A DNA stretch of 64,000 nucleotides from the NCBI GenBank assembly GCA_965207565.1, contig CBDBMQ010000033.1, positions 4,325-68,324 on the forward strand, in the 5' to 3' direction. This DNA comes from Rhodothermales bacterium. GTDB taxonomy: Bacteria > Bacteroidota > Rhodothermia > Rhodothermales > Bin80. The notes below the pieces were generated by a model. The model did no database searches and was not told the origin of the DNA. It saw only the letters and a list, made by a program, of their open reading frames with translations. This document shows positions 29,271 through 39,995 of the stretch, piece by piece. Positions within the stretch are counted from its first letter, which is position 1, and every line of letters begins with the position of its first letter. The translations under genes and the position numbers were made by a program.

Positions 29271-30674
29271 ATGCTACAAACCGCAGAATCTGCTTGGAGT
29301 GCCTGCCTCGAAGTGATTCAAGATAACGTGACCCCGCAGTGTTTCCTGACTTGGTTCAGTAAGCTGAAACCCGTAGCTCTGGTGGGGGAGGAGGGAGCCT
29401 CAAAGCTGACCATCCAAGTGCCCAGCCCGTTCCACTACGAGTACTTGGAAGGACAGTATAATCTGCTCATCCGTTCAACGGTATCCCGGGTGCTCGGTGA
29501 GCGAAGCCAGTTCTGCTATGAAGTGGTGGTCGTGCAGGATACTGAACCCGATCATGTATCCAAAACCTATGAGGTACCCGCATCCACAGATCGCCCCGCA
29601 GAAAGCGTGAACCCTTTCCCGCAGCAGGTTCGTGATTCCAAGGTGAAGAGTAACCTGACTGAGAGTTATACCTTCGAGAAATTCATCGTTGGTGATTGCA
29701 ATAATTTGGCCTACAGCGCTTCTAAAGCAATTGCGAAGTCTCCCGGAGGAACCGCCTATAATCCTTTTCTGATCTATGGCGGTGTCGGGCTGGGCAAAAC
29801 TCACCTCATGCAAGCCATTGGCAATCACGTTCGACAGCGCCAACCAGATAAGAAGGTCCGCTATATCTCGAGTGAGCGGTTCACAAATGATTTCGTACGG
29901 GCCATTCAGGAAAATCAGGTCCAACAATTTTCACGCAGTTACCGAAAGATTGATGTCCTTATTATTGACGATGTTCAATTTTTCGGAGGGAAAGAAAAAA
30001 CGCAGGAAGAGTTTTTCTGCATCTTTAACGAATTGCAGCAGGGAGGAAATCAAATCATCCTCAGTGCTGACCGCCCGCCAAAGGAAATTAGTGGGATTGA
30101 GGAGCGATTACTCTCCCGTTTTTGCTGGGGGCTCCAGGCAGACCTCCAACCACCAGACCTTGAGACGCGAACCGCCATTCTGCTGCGCAAGGCAACTGAA
30201 ATCGGGCTTGAACTTCCAACGGAGGTGATCAATTATATTGCCCGGAATATCACGAAGAATATCCGTGAACTCGAAGGGGCACTCGTCCGACTTCTGGCGC
30301 AGGCAGCCTACAAGAAACAGGAGATCGATGAGTCCCTGGCAAAACATGCCCTGAAGGATTTCATTCGCCGCCCTCTTACGACGCTCTCCATTGATCGGGT
30401 GCAAAAGCTGGTTTGTGAATACTTCGGAGTTAATCAACACCGCCTCCACGAAAAAACGAAGAAGCGTGAGATCGTACAAGTCCGTCAGTTAGCAATGTAC
30501 CTCTGCCGGGAGCTGGATTATACTCATAAAGCAATTGGTCTCCAATTTGGTGGCAGAGATCACTCAACGGTCGTTCACGCGATCAAAAGCGTGAACAATC
30601 TCATTGAAACAGATAACAACTATCGGAACCGGGTGGCTGATGTTCGGCGTAAAGTTCACCTATTGTCTGATTGA
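29271..30674 (+). CDS. dnaA: chromosomal replication initiator protein DnaA
   Basis: 467 aa. Walker A GGVGLGKTHLMQAIG, LIIDDVQF, C-terminal DNA-binding domain GGRDHSTVVHA. Confidence 0.97.
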   Translation: MLQTAESAWSACLEVIQDNVTPQCFLTWFSKLKPVALVGEEGASKLTIQVPSPFHYEYLEGQYNLLIRSTVSRVLGERSQFCYEVVVVQDTEPDHVSKTYEVPASTDRPAESVNPFPQQVRDSKVKSNLTESYTFEKFIVGDCNNLAYSASKAIAKSPGGTAYNPFLIYGGVGLGKTHLMQAIGNHVRQRQPDKKVRYISSERFTNDFVRAIQENQVQQFSRSYRKIDVLIIDDVQFFGGKEKTQEEFFCIFNELQQGGNQIILSADRPPKEISGIEERLLSRFCWGLQADLQPPDLETRTAILLRKATEIGLELPTEVINYIARNITKNIRELEGALVRLLAQAAYKKQEIDESLAKHALKDFIRRPLTTLSIDRVQKLVCEYFGVNQHRLHEKTKKREIVQVRQLAMYLCRELDYTHKAIGLQFGGRDHSTVVHAIKSVNNLIETDNNYRNRVADVRRKVHLLSD

Positions 30675-30685
30675 TCCTTTTTCTC

Positions 30686-31822
30686 ATGAAATTTTCGACC
30701 ACTAGTACAGCTCTTTACAAAGCATTGGATACCGTTAGCGGTGCCTTGCCGAACAAATCCGACAAGGAAATCCTAGAGTGTATTCTCCTGCAGCGAAAAG
30801 AAGACTTTCTGGAAATACGAGCCACGGATTTAGAGGTGGCGATCCGGCACCGTTTTCCCGTAGAGTTTTCCAGTAAACCAGACGAAGACCTCGATATTGT
30901 CGCGGTCCCTGCCAAACAACTCCTTGAATCATGCAGGACCCTCCCCGAAATCCCCATCACCTTTGAGGTTGGGGAAAACTGCAAAATCATTCTCTCGCAT
31001 GATCGTGGTCAATATGACTGGATGGGCTTCAGTGGCTACTCATTCCCTGATTTCCCTGCGATTTCGGAGGCACAGTCCGTTGAGTTTGACCGGGGACAAC
31101 TGAAAACCGGGTTTAATCTGGTAAGTTTTGCGGTAAGCAAGGATATGTCCCGTCCTGGAATGATGGGGGTTCTCTTCGAAATCCTTGAGGGATCCGCTCG
31201 TATTGTTGGAACGGACGGACATCGACTTGCACGCTGCATCTTCAAGGACTACGAGGGTGAGCTGGATGTAAGCGCCTTGGCCCCATTCAAGGCATTTCAG
31301 CAGGTGGCACGCGTTGAGGGAACTGACGAGTGCACAATTGAGGTCAGTGAGAATTATCTTGCTTTTACTTTTGGCCACACGCATGTGGTCAGTACTCTGA
31401 TCAATGCCTCCTTCCCGAATTACGAACGCGCAATCCCAACCGAAAACGACAAGATTGTTATCTTGAATCGGGATGATCTACTCGACAGCGTGCGCCGTGT
31501 AAACTTCTTTGCCTCGGAGAACTCGCATCAAATCCTGCTTGATTGCAAAGAGGACTCAGTTGAAGTCAGCGCCTGGGATATCGAACGCTCCAGTAAAGGC
31601 TCGGAGACCATTCCCTGCGAATACCGCGGAGAAGCCACACAGGTTGGATTCAACGCGCAGTATCTCCTGGATTTGTTGAGAAGCCTCCCCACAGGAGAGG
31701 TTTCCCTGGCAATGGGAATCCCCACTCGTGCTGCTCTTATGAGACCGATCCCACAAAATGATCTCCAGGACCTCACGCTCCTGATCATGCCCGTTATGCT
31801 CAATACCGGAGAGGACTATTGA
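30686..31822 (+). CDS. dnaN: DNA polymerase III beta sliding clamp
   Basis: About 378 aa from the ATG at 30686 (MKFSTTSTALYKAL). Three-domain clamp pattern, directly downstream of dnaA. Confidence 0.93.
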   Translation: MKFSTTSTALYKALDTVSGALPNKSDKEILECILLQRKEDFLEIRATDLEVAIRHRFPVEFSSKPDEDLDIVAVPAKQLLESCRTLPEIPITFEVGENCKIILSHDRGQYDWMGFSGYSFPDFPAISEAQSVEFDRGQLKTGFNLVSFAVSKDMSRPGMMGVLFEILEGSARIVGTDGHRLARCIFKDYEGELDVSALAPFKAFQQVARVEGTDECTIEVSENYLAFTFGHTHVVSTLINASFPNYERAIPTENDKIVILNRDDLLDSVRRVNFFASENSHQILLDCKEDSVEVSAWDIERSSKGSETIPCEYRGEATQVGFNAQYLLDLLRSLPTGEVSLAMGIPTRAALMRPIPQNDLQDLTLLIMPVMLNTGEDY

Positions 31823-31903
31823 GACCCTGCGTGAACTTTGTGTCTAGGCTGTGCGTACCAGCCTGCTGTGCTCGAAATACGCCATCGCCTATCATACAAA
31901 GCA

Positions 31904-32353
31904 ATGGAAACTCAAAGCTATAAAACTCAAAGCGCGAAAGCCAAAGACATTCAGCGTAAATGGTTCGTCATTGACGCGGAACAGGCCGTGGTCGGCCGGT
32001 TGGCTACGCGTGTCGCAACCATTTTGCGCGGCAAACACAAGCCTTGTTTCACGCCCCATGTGGATACAGGGGACTATGTGATCATTGTGAATGCCGACAA
32101 GGTTCGCTTCACGGGAAATAAAGAAGATGCCAAACTCTATTATAGCTATAGTGGCTATCCCGGTGGACTGAAGTCACGCCCTGCGCGTGTTGTGCGTGAG
32201 AGAAAGCCGGAGCATCTGGTCCGCCATGCCGTGAAGGGAATGCTGCCAAAAGGCCCCCTTGGCCGACAAATGCTGACCAAGCTCAAGGTCTATGCCAGTG
32301 CGGAACATCCGCACGATGCACAGCAGCCTGAAGAGCTACTGATTCATCCTTAA
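31904..32353 (+). CDS. rplM: 50S ribosomal protein L13
   Basis: From the ATG at 31904 (METQSYKT...[17 protein letters not shown]). Confidence 0.93.
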   Translation: METQSYKTQSAKAKDIQRKWFVIDAEQAVVGRLATRVATILRGKHKPCFTPHVDTGDYVIIVNADKVRFTGNKEDAKLYYSYSGYPGGLKSRPARVVRERKPEHLVRHAVKGMLPKGPLGRQMLTKLKVYASAEHPHDAQQPEELLIHP

Positions 32354-32379
32354 AAATAACAACCGATCTTGCCCCGATA

Positions 32380-32775
32380 ATGGCAACCCCTACTGAATTT
32401 ATCGCCATCGGACGTCGTAAAACTTCGACAGCTCGGATTTATTTGCGCCCAGGTTCCGGTCATATACTTATCAATCGCCGCCCGATTGATACGTACTTCA
32501 AAATGGAAACCCTACGCAGAGTTCTGCTCTCCCCCTTTGAAGTCACCGGCACAACCGGAATGTACGACTTGGTCGTGAACGTGAAAGGAGGCGGACTCAC
32601 CGGCCAATCGGAAGCGATCCGGCTCGGCACATCGCGTGCGCTTGTGATAGCGGATGAAGAACGGCGGAAGTCCCTTCGGGATGCCGGCTTCCTGACGCGT
32701 GATCCCCGGATGGTAGAACGAAAAAAATATGGTCGCCCCAAGGCGCGCAAACGGTTCCAGTTCTCCAAACGATAA
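32380..32775 (+). CDS. rpsI: 30S ribosomal protein S9
   Basis: 131 aa. GRRKTSTARIYL...GGGLTGQSEAIRLGTSRAL...RKKYGRPKARKRFQFSKR. Confidence 0.96.
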   Translation: MATPTEFIAIGRRKTSTARIYLRPGSGHILINRRPIDTYFKMETLRRVLLSPFEVTGTTGMYDLVVNVKGGGLTGQSEAIRLGTSRALVIADEERRKSLRDAGFLTRDPRMVERKKYGRPKARKRFQFSKR

Positions 32776-32891
32776 ATCTGTTATTTACATTTAATTTTTC
32801 ATCTCGCACAGGACTTGATGCATAGCCGGGTGCCTTCCTGGTTGGCCAATGCAAGTGACCGTTCTGGCGGCTTAACCCAATTCAACCCATT

Positions 32892-33671
32892 ATGAGTAAC
32901 CCTCTCTCTACATCGGATTCGTCCCAGCACCGGGCTTCTATAGAAGATCTATTAAAGGCCGGTACACATTTTGGTCATCTAACCAGTCGCTGGAATCCCA
33001 AGATGCGCAGCTACATCTTTATGCAGCGCAACGGGATTCATATTATCGACCTTTTGCAGACCCAAAAACTGCTTGAACAGGCAGCCGATGCCGCTGCCCG
33101 CTTTGCCCGGCAGGGAAAATCAATCCTGTTCGTCGGAACGAAAAAACAGGCGCGACAAACGGTCAGGGAAGCTGCTGAGTCCTGTGATGCTCCCTTTGTT
33201 GTGGAGCGATGGCTTGGAGGGACGCTAACGAATTTCCAGACGATCCGAAACAGTATTCGTCGTATGGAAGGGTTGGCAAAGATGGGCAAGGACGGCACTC
33301 TGGATCAACTCAAAAAGAAAGAGCGCCTCATGAAGTCCCGTGAGTTGGACAAGCTCCAGCGAAACCTTGGAGGCATTGCCGCAATGCCCCGAATACCGGG
33401 ATGTCTCTTTGTGGTAGATATCCGCAGAGAGCGGATTGCTGTCAATGAGGCGCGCAAGCTTGGTATTCCAATCATTGCCATGGTCGACACCAACTGTGAC
33501 CCCGATCTGGTGAATTACGTGATCCCCTGCAATGACGACGCCTTCAAATCCATCCAGATGATTACGCAGACGATTGCCCAGGCTGTAAATGAAGGGCGAA
33601 AAGCAGCACAGATTGAATCGGCCAACAAAAAAGCAGAGAAAGAAAAGCGCAGCGAACAAAAAAAGCGTTAG
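32892..33671 (+). CDS. rpsB: 30S ribosomal protein S2
   Basis: 259 aa. LLKAGTHFGHLTSRWNPKM and VVDTNCDPD. Confidence 0.96.
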   Translation: MSNPLSTSDSSQHRASIEDLLKAGTHFGHLTSRWNPKMRSYIFMQRNGIHIIDLLQTQKLLEQAADAAARFARQGKSILFVGTKKQARQTVREAAESCDAPFVVERWLGGTLTNFQTIRNSIRRMEGLAKMGKDGTLDQLKKKERLMKSRELDKLQRNLGGIAAMPRIPGCLFVVDIRRERIAVNEARKLGIPIIAMVDTNCDPDLVNYVIPCNDDAFKSIQMITQTIAQAVNEGRKAAQIESANKKAEKEKRSEQKKR

Positions 33672-33791
33672 ATCCCAAAGCTATGCTCACTGGTTGACGG
33701 TATCGGCACAGACTTTCCAGAGGTGAGCCTCTCGCAAATCCCTGACTGCCTGTGCCTGAACTCGCCAAGTTCTGTAAACACCCTTATCCTG

Positions 33792-34631
33792 ATGACTAAA
33801 GTATCTATTTCAGCAAAAGATGTGAAACAACTCCGCGACAAGACCGGTGCGGGAATGATGGACTGCAAGCGTGCCCTCTCCGATGCGAATGGTGATCTGG
33901 AGGCAGCGATTGACCTTTTGCGGAAGAAAGGCCAGCGTGTTGCTGCAAAACGCGCTGACCGCGAAGCTCTGCAGGGGCTCGTGATAACACGCATTGATGA
34001 CTCACGGCATACCGGAATCATTGTTGAGGTGAACTGCGAAACGGACTTCGTCGCCCGTAACGAAGAATTTGTATCGTTTGCACATTCCGTGGCCGACTTA
34101 ATCTTGTCTGCATGCCCCTCAGATCTGGATGCCCTATTCTCCTTATCCCTGAAAAATGGGCGCACCGTCGGAGAAATCCAGACAGACCTCACCGGTAAGA
34201 TCGGTGAAAAACTGGGAGTTCGTCGATTTTCCGTTTTGTCCTCTGAGGAAGGGCAGGTAATTGACTATATCCATCCGGGATCCCGTCTGGGGGTTCTGGT
34301 CTCGCTCAAGGGAAGTGGAAATCTGGCCGAAACTGGGAGGGATGTTGCCATGCAAGTCGCTGCCCTGAACCCCTTGGCCGCACATCGCAAGGATGTACCA
34401 CAGGAAACACAGGACAAAGAATTCGAAATCGGTAGAGAAGCTGCCCGGCTTGAAGGAAAGCCCGAGCAAATCCTGGAGCGGATTGCTAAGGGAAAACTGG
34501 AGCGCTTTTTCAAAGACAACGTTCTGGTGGAGCAACCCTTTGTCAAAGATGCTTCGCTGCGGGTTCGGGATGTGCTCAGTAAAGCTGGAGCAGAAGTAGA
34601 CGAGTTTGTTCGATGCGCACTCGGTGAATGA
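33792..34631 (+). CDS. tsf: translation elongation factor Ts
   Basis: From the ATG at 33792 (MTKVSISAKDVKQLRDKTGAGMMDCKRAL), UBA-like N-terminus plus EF-Ts core. Confidence 0.94.
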   Translation: MTKVSISAKDVKQLRDKTGAGMMDCKRALSDANGDLEAAIDLLRKKGQRVAAKRADREALQGLVITRIDDSRHTGIIVEVNCETDFVARNEEFVSFAHSVADLILSACPSDLDALFSLSLKNGRTVGEIQTDLTGKIGEKLGVRRFSVLSSEEGQVIDYIHPGSRLGVLVSLKGSGNLAETGRDVAMQVAALNPLAAHRKDVPQETQDKEFEIGREAARLEGKPEQILERIAKGKLERFFKDNVLVEQPFVKDASLRVRDVLSKAGAEVDEFVRCALGE

Positions 34632-34654
34632 CCCGGCCCACCTAAGTACCAATC

Positions 34655-35389
34655 ATGCAAGACTCGCAGCCGAAACAACCTATTTACAAACGGGTCCTGG
34701 TAAAACTCAGTGGCGAAGCTCTCCTGGGGAGTCAAACTTTCGGGATTGATTCCGATGTGCTTTCTGCCTGGGCAAAAGACCTGGAGACTGTGGTCCAAAG
34801 CGGCACCGAATTAGCCATCGTAATCGGCGGCGGAAATATTTCCAGGGGGGTCATGACCGCAGCCCGTGGAATGACCCGGGCCCACGGAGACTACATGGGG
34901 ATGCTGGCAACGATGATCAACGCCATGGCCCTGCAGGATGCTCTAGAGCATTTGCATCTTGAAACCCGGTTACTGTCGAGCATCAAGATGGAAGAGATTG
35001 CGGAGCCTTTTATTCGGCGACGGGCCATCCGCCACCTTGAAAAAGGTCGCGTGGTAATTTTTGGTGGCGGAACCGGTAGCCCATACTTTACCACGGATAC
35101 CGCTGCTGCACTGCGTGCCCTGGAAATTGATGCGGATGTGTTTGTCAAAGCGACACGTGTAGATGGAATCTACTCTGCCGACCCTGAAGTGCACGAAAAA
35201 GCCGAACACTTCGCACAGATTGCCGGGCATGAAGTGATTCGCCAAGGGCTGAGAGTCATGGATAAAACTGCATTTACCTTGTGTGAGGAGTCCAAGATGC
35301 CGATTGTTGTGTGCAATGTGAACGAGCCGGGTAATCTGCAAAGAATCGTCTTTGGTGAGAACGTGGGCTCTTACGTACATTGGGACTAG
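34655..35389 (+). CDS. pyrH: UMP kinase
   Basis: 244 aa. VLVKLSGEAL, VIGGGNI, VIFGGGTGSPYFTTDTAAALRA. Confidence 0.96.
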   Translation: MQDSQPKQPIYKRVLVKLSGEALLGSQTFGIDSDVLSAWAKDLETVVQSGTELAIVIGGGNISRGVMTAARGMTRAHGDYMGMLATMINAMALQDALEHLHLETRLLSSIKMEEIAEPFIRRRAIRHLEKGRVVIFGGGTGSPYFTTDTAAALRALEIDADVFVKATRVDGIYSADPEVHEKAEHFAQIAGHEVIRQGLRVMDKTAFTLCEESKMPIVVCNVNEPGNLQRIVFGENVGSYVHWD

Positions 35390-35407
35390 AATTTTCTCTT
35401 TGGAACC

Positions 35408-35976
35408 ATGCTAGACGAACATCTGGAGTTACTTCTTTTGGAAAACACAGAGCAGATGGACCGCTCCTTGGACCATCTGAATAAAGAGTTGCTTGCCCTT
35501 CGAGCAGGGCGGGCCACGCCTGCCATGCTCCAAAATGTTCGCGTTGAGTTCTACGGCAGCATTTCCCCTTTAAATCAAATCTCGACGATCAGCGCCCCCC
35601 AGCCAGATCTCCTGGTGGTGACTCCCTGGGACAAATCCGCGATAGATGCCATTGAAAAAGCGGTGCAGTCCGCAAACCTTGGACTAAACCCGGCCAATGA
35701 CGGTACGCTGATCAGAATACCTGTTCCACCGCTGACAGAAGAACGTCGAATTGCGCTTTGTAAGCGGGTTCGACAAATCGGGGAGCAGGCGAAAATTTCG
35801 ATTCGCAATATTCGTCGCAGTACAAAAGAGGAATTAAAATCCGCTCAAGAAGCCGAGAATCTTTCAGAAGATATGCGTTACTTCGCCGAAGAAAAATTGC
35901 AGAAAGAAACGGACCGCTTTGTGACAACGATTGACAAGCTCCTTTGCGAGAAAGAAAAAGACATCATGGAAGTCTA

Positions 35977-35977
<1 letters not shown>
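35408..35977 (+). CDS. frr: ribosome recycling factor
   Basis: 189 aa. LRAGRATPAML, LNPANDGTLIRIPVPPLTEERR. Confidence 0.95.
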
Positions 35978-36067
<90 letters not shown>

Positions 36068-36398
36068 CTCAAGTTATATTAAACTGTTTTTAAAGAAGTT
36101 ATTACAACAATAAAGCTCTCCCCCCCCCATTATTTCACGCGGAGAACCAGATCCTAGCGAGGCAACTAGAGACAGTCAGACATGATTGATCCCATCTTTC
36201 TCCGGCAGTTGTAACCGTTCTGTTCTAGGAGGTCGCGGCACAGTACCAGCGGAAATTTGGCGTAATGCCGTGCCGTGGAGTCCCAAGTTCCAGATCATCC
36301 CCCGGTGTCGGAACGGTGGCCCACTTCACTCGGAATGGATGGTCCACATCATCGGAATATGCAACCGGGAAGTGTAGGATCGGTACTACGAGGTAACA

Positions 36399-38415
36399 AA
36401 TTCCTATTAAAGGGCGCGGATTTTAGGGGTGTTCATCAATTAATGTGAAGTAATGAATAATTCATCACGCTTATAATGTATCTTCCCACCTTTGAACTCC
36501 CTGCGATTCCCCCAAGAATAATCATTCATAATCGCTGTTCTGGAGTGATTTGATGCTATTTTTCACATCTTTCGTCTATCTTTGGCAGGACAGGTTGATT
36601 CTTTTATGTATTTGTAGTATATTGATTATTACTTCATATTTCACAATATACTATGCAACGCCGCTCTCCTTTCTTTGCTCAGCCCGACTGCCTCCCGATG
36701 CGACAATACGAAGCCCTTCGGGCCTATCTCCACGAAGGATGCTCCATTGAAGACGCCGCCGAACGAGGCGGCTATGCAGTTGGATCCTTCCGTAACCTGC
36801 TCACACGCTTCAATAAAAACCCCTCCTCGGATTTCTTTTGGCCATCCCCCGAGCCAGTTTTGCCCAAGCCCCCCGACCCCAGGCGTGAACGGATTCTCAT
36901 CCTCCGAAAAGAACAGGGCATGACCATTGATCAAATTCAGCAGGAGTTGAAAAAAGAGAAGATTCCTGCGAGTCTAGGGTACATCCACAAGATCTTCCAA
37001 CAGGAAAAGATTCCCCGTCTGCCTCGCCGATCCCCTCATCCACCTGCCCCAAGAACAGTGATTGCAGACCGCCGTCGGCTTGACCTGCACCCGAGGACCT
37101 TTCACACCGCGTTTGCAGGATTGTTTTTGTTTGCGTTTGATCTGGCTCGGATGGGACTTGATGACAGGTTGGAGCAGGTCAAGATGCCCCGTACCCGCAA
37201 GATTCCCGCCGGCTGTGCGGTTCGCTCGCTCCTGGCATTAAAGCTCTCTGGCATTGGGCGCCCCTCTCAGGTGATGGCTGAAACGTTGGATCAGGGCCTT
37301 GCACTTTTTACCGGCCTCAATGCGATTCCCAAACGGACCACTCTCACCGAATATTCCATCCAAGTGGATCCGACCTTTGCGGGGCCGCTGATGAATCAGT
37401 GGTATCATGCCGCCGCCCAACTGGCGAATGTGGTGGGGAAAGGAGACTCCATCGATTTGGATTTTCACACCATTCCCTACCACGGAGATCAGGCACTATT
37501 ACAGAAGCATTTTGTCTCCAAGCGGAGTCGTCGGCAACGTGGAATTCTCACCATGTTGGCACGAGATGCGGATGCCCATGTATTTTGTTATGCCGATGCG
37601 ACCATTGAAAAGCAAACCCAGAACGATGCGATTCTGCGCTTTGTGAATGACTGGAAAGCCCGAACGGGAAATGTCCCTGGCGAACTCGTCTTTGACAGTC
37701 GATTCACGGTCTATCATAACTTGGCCGAACTGGATCAACTGGGAATTGATTTTATTACACTGCGGCGCCGGTATGCGGCACTGATCCAGCGAGTCCATCG
37801 ACTGGATCCATCGGCATGGACCAAAATCCGGCTCTCCAATATCGGGCGCGCCTATCGGAGCCCGAGTGTGATGGATGAAACCGTTGAGTTGCGAAACTAT
37901 CCCAAACCCCTCCGACAACTTCTCGTCAAAAATCTGGGCTATGAGCAACCCACGATTCTGATTACCAATCAAATGGAGCGCCCGGCCTCGAAACTCATTG
38001 ATCGGTATGCCCGGCGCATGGTCATTGAAAATGTCATTAGCGATGCCATTGACTTCTTTCACATGGACGCATTGAGTTCCGCCGTCCCCATGCGAATCAA
38101 TGTGGACATTCAGTTGACCGTGATGGCCAGCGTGCTGTATCGTCTTCTGGGAGTCCGAGTCGGTCACGGGTATGAAAAATCCGAAGCAAGAACCATCTAC
38201 CGGGATTTGGTCAAACATAATGGAAACGTCACCATCACCCAAGACGAAATACTGGTCCAGTTGCGGGCAAGGGCCAAAACCAACTATTTGAGTGCTGCTG
38301 GATACCCTGAATTACGACAAAGAATCCCCTGGCTTAACAATAAAATCCTCCGAGTACAGTTCGCCAAACGCCCCTGAAACTCACATACCAAAATCCTCCC
38401 GGTAATTCAGGCTAG
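36399..38415 (+). mobile_element. insertion sequence, about 2.0 kb, IS4/IS1380-like DDE family (family not resolved)
   Basis: The right end is defined exactly by where homology to the second copy stops (..ggtaattcaggctag, 38415). The left end is approximate. It is inferred from an imperfect inverted repeat (left CCT-ATTAaaGGGcgcGGATTTTaGGggTGT versus the reverse complement of the right end CCTgaATTAccGGGaGGATTTTGGtaTGT). Confidence 0.55.
36653..38377 (+). CDS. DDE transposase (574 aa) of the IS
   Basis: N-terminal HTH (QYEALRAYLHEGCSIEDAAERGGYAVGSF). Candidate DDE residues lie in IDLDFHTIPYHGD, LVFDSRFTVY and RYARRMVIENVISDAIDFFHMDALSS (the YxxR..E..I motif typical of IS4-superfamily enzymes). 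Confidence 0.85.
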   Translation: MQRRSPFFAQPDCLPMRQYEALRAYLHEGCSIEDAAERGGYAVGSFRNLLTRFNKNPSSDFFWPSPEPVLPKPPDPRRERILILRKEQGMTIDQIQQELKKEKIPASLGYIHKIFQQEKIPRLPRRSPHPPAPRTVIADRRRLDLHPRTFHTAFAGLFLFAFDLARMGLDDRLEQVKMPRTRKIPAGCAVRSLLALKLSGIGRPSQVMAETLDQGLALFTGLNAIPKRTTLTEYSIQVDPTFAGPLMNQWYHAAAQLANVVGKGDSIDLDFHTIPYHGDQALLQKHFVSKRSRRQRGILTMLARDADAHVFCYADATIEKQTQNDAILRFVNDWKARTGNVPGELVFDSRFTVYHNLAELDQLGIDFITLRRRYAALIQRVHRLDPSAWTKIRLSNIGRAYRSPSVMDETVELRNYPKPLRQLLVKNLGYEQPTILITNQMERPASKLIDRYARRMVIENVISDAIDFFHMDALSSAVPMRINVDIQLTVMASVLYRLLGVRVGHGYEKSEARTIYRDLVKHNGNVTITQDEILVQLRARAKTNYLSAAGYPELRQRIPWLNNKILRVQFAKRP

Positions 38416-38673
38416 CAGGGATGTATTATGAGATGGGCTTGGGGATGCAACGCTCGATAGAGGCCGCGCTGTACTGGTACAAGTTGGCCGCATCCACGGG
38501 GCAGCAGGTGGGGCGGAACGGTGTGAGCGAAGGGGGCCCTGGGAGCAGGAAGAGGAGGCCGAGTCGGTCTGGTGGAAGCACTGACGGGATAGCCCTCGCA
38601 CAACAAAAAGAGAGGGGATTGTCCATTTCGGGCACGCTAAACATCCCCCTGTATCAGGACGGGAAATGGACGC

Positions 38674-39897
38674 TCAGCGACCTATGTCCATCCCCGGATT
38701 CCTGCCAGAAGACCGGCGAATTTCCATCGTCTGAGGCGGAGATTTGGTTTGGATGTGGGCGTAATTGGTCACCAACCAATCCTGCATCGAGGGGATCGGA
38801 ACAACATAAGTTCCTTGATATCTGTGCAGCACACCTCTGTGCAGTGCCCGGTTAAACAGCTTCTCCGCTTCCGTTTCACCGTACTCCTGGCTTAGGGAGG
38901 ACAGGATGTCTTCTTTATCCAGACCTTCTCCTAACGGAACATTCATAATCAGTTTTGCCAGACTATGGCGTTGTTTTCTGCTAAAATCGTCCGCCCGTCG
39001 TTCGTAATAATCTGACCGAAAGCCACGCCCTGCTTCCAATACGGCATTCAATCCCTCTGGGGTCATGACCCTGTTGTCTGCCTCCAGTTGCTTCAATGCG
39101 GGTTTGGCGTACGACACGATATGTTGCGGCCAACCATACGTTTCTTGAGCAATGGTCTCAACCCATACGGTGGGATCTCCTTTCGCCTCCCCTTCCTTTG
39201 TGAGCCAATCGTGGATGACCGCACGTTCCGCTTCTTTCTCCAACGCCCCCAGCTCTACAAGGCATTTCATCGAAAACCTCGAAATCCCCAGCGATTTAAA
39301 GGCGTCCACTGTCGTTCCCAGCCCCGCCGCGATCAGAATAACGGGCCGATCCATTTTGCCGTTGTGAATCTCGTCCAGCATGAATTCGAGGTTTGTGCCT
39401 CGATCATCTGGCGGGTGCGGGGACGTCTTCAATGTTTGTGCTTCGTCTAAAATGAGGAGCAGGGGCTGCTTTCCCTTGCGAAGGATTTTTCTTATTGTCC
39501 TACTAGCCCTGCCAACTGTAACCGATGCCCCTGAAACTCCGATTTTCAGAGACCTGAATGTAGACCAGGGAAATTTTCCCAAACCAAGAAAATCACGCAA
39601 TGCGTCTGGATTCCAAAAGGCCATCGGTTTAATCTCCGCAGTCTTCCATCCCCTCTCTCGTGCCCGTTTTCCACATTCTTCAAGCAGGGCGCTCTTACCC
39701 GCGCCTGGTGCACCCTGGATCAGGAAGGTCGTGCCAGACTTCGCCTGCACCGCCCGCTTTATAATTTCATTGAAATCGCTCAGCACCTGCTTCCTCCCAT
39801 GAAAATACTTAGCAGGACCACGGTCGGGGGCTGCCGTCAGTGGCGGAGAAGGGGAAGAATGGGTGGATGGCCGCATGGTTCTGAGATACTGCCTCAA
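38674..39897 (-). CDS. orphan P-loop ATPase (AAA_16/ORC-Cdc6/STAND-like)
   Basis: 407 aa. FHGRKQVLSDF...LIQGAPGAGKSALLEE (Walker A), LLLILDEAQTL (Walker B), followed by a helical C-terminal half. No recognisable effector domain. Confidence 0.7.
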   Translation of the reverse strand: MRQYLRTMRPSTHSSPSPPLTAAPDRGPAKYFHGRKQVLSDFNEIIKRAVQAKSGTTFLIQGAPGAGKSALLEECGKRARERGWKTAEIKPMAFWNPDALRDFLGLGKFPWSTFRSLKIGVSGASVTVGRASRTIRKILRKGKQPLLLILDEAQTLKTSPHPPDDRGTNLEFMLDEIHNGKMDRPVILIAAGLGTTVDAFKSLGISRFSMKCLVELGALEKEAERAVIHDWLTKEGEAKGDPTVWVETIAQETYGWPQHIVSYAKPALKQLEADNRVMTPEGLNAVLEAGRGFRSDYYERRADDFSRKQRHSLAKLIMNVPLGEGLDKEDILSSLSQEYGETEAEKLFNRALHRGVLHRYQGTYVVPIPSMQDWLVTNYAHIQTKSPPQTMEIRRSSGRNPGMDIGR

Positions 39898-39995
39898 AGT
39901 TATGAACAGTGACCATTTAGACAGATCTCAAGGCTTAACGGTTCCAGATCGTCCCCGATAGTCGGTGTCCCGGTACTTTTGGAACCTGAGTAGAA

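Noticed and set aside
37499-38242. 247-aa minus-strand ORF, with a near-duplicate at 40309..40956
   Set aside because: Both are antisense shadows of the IS transposase reading frame. They recur only because the IS sequence is duplicated.
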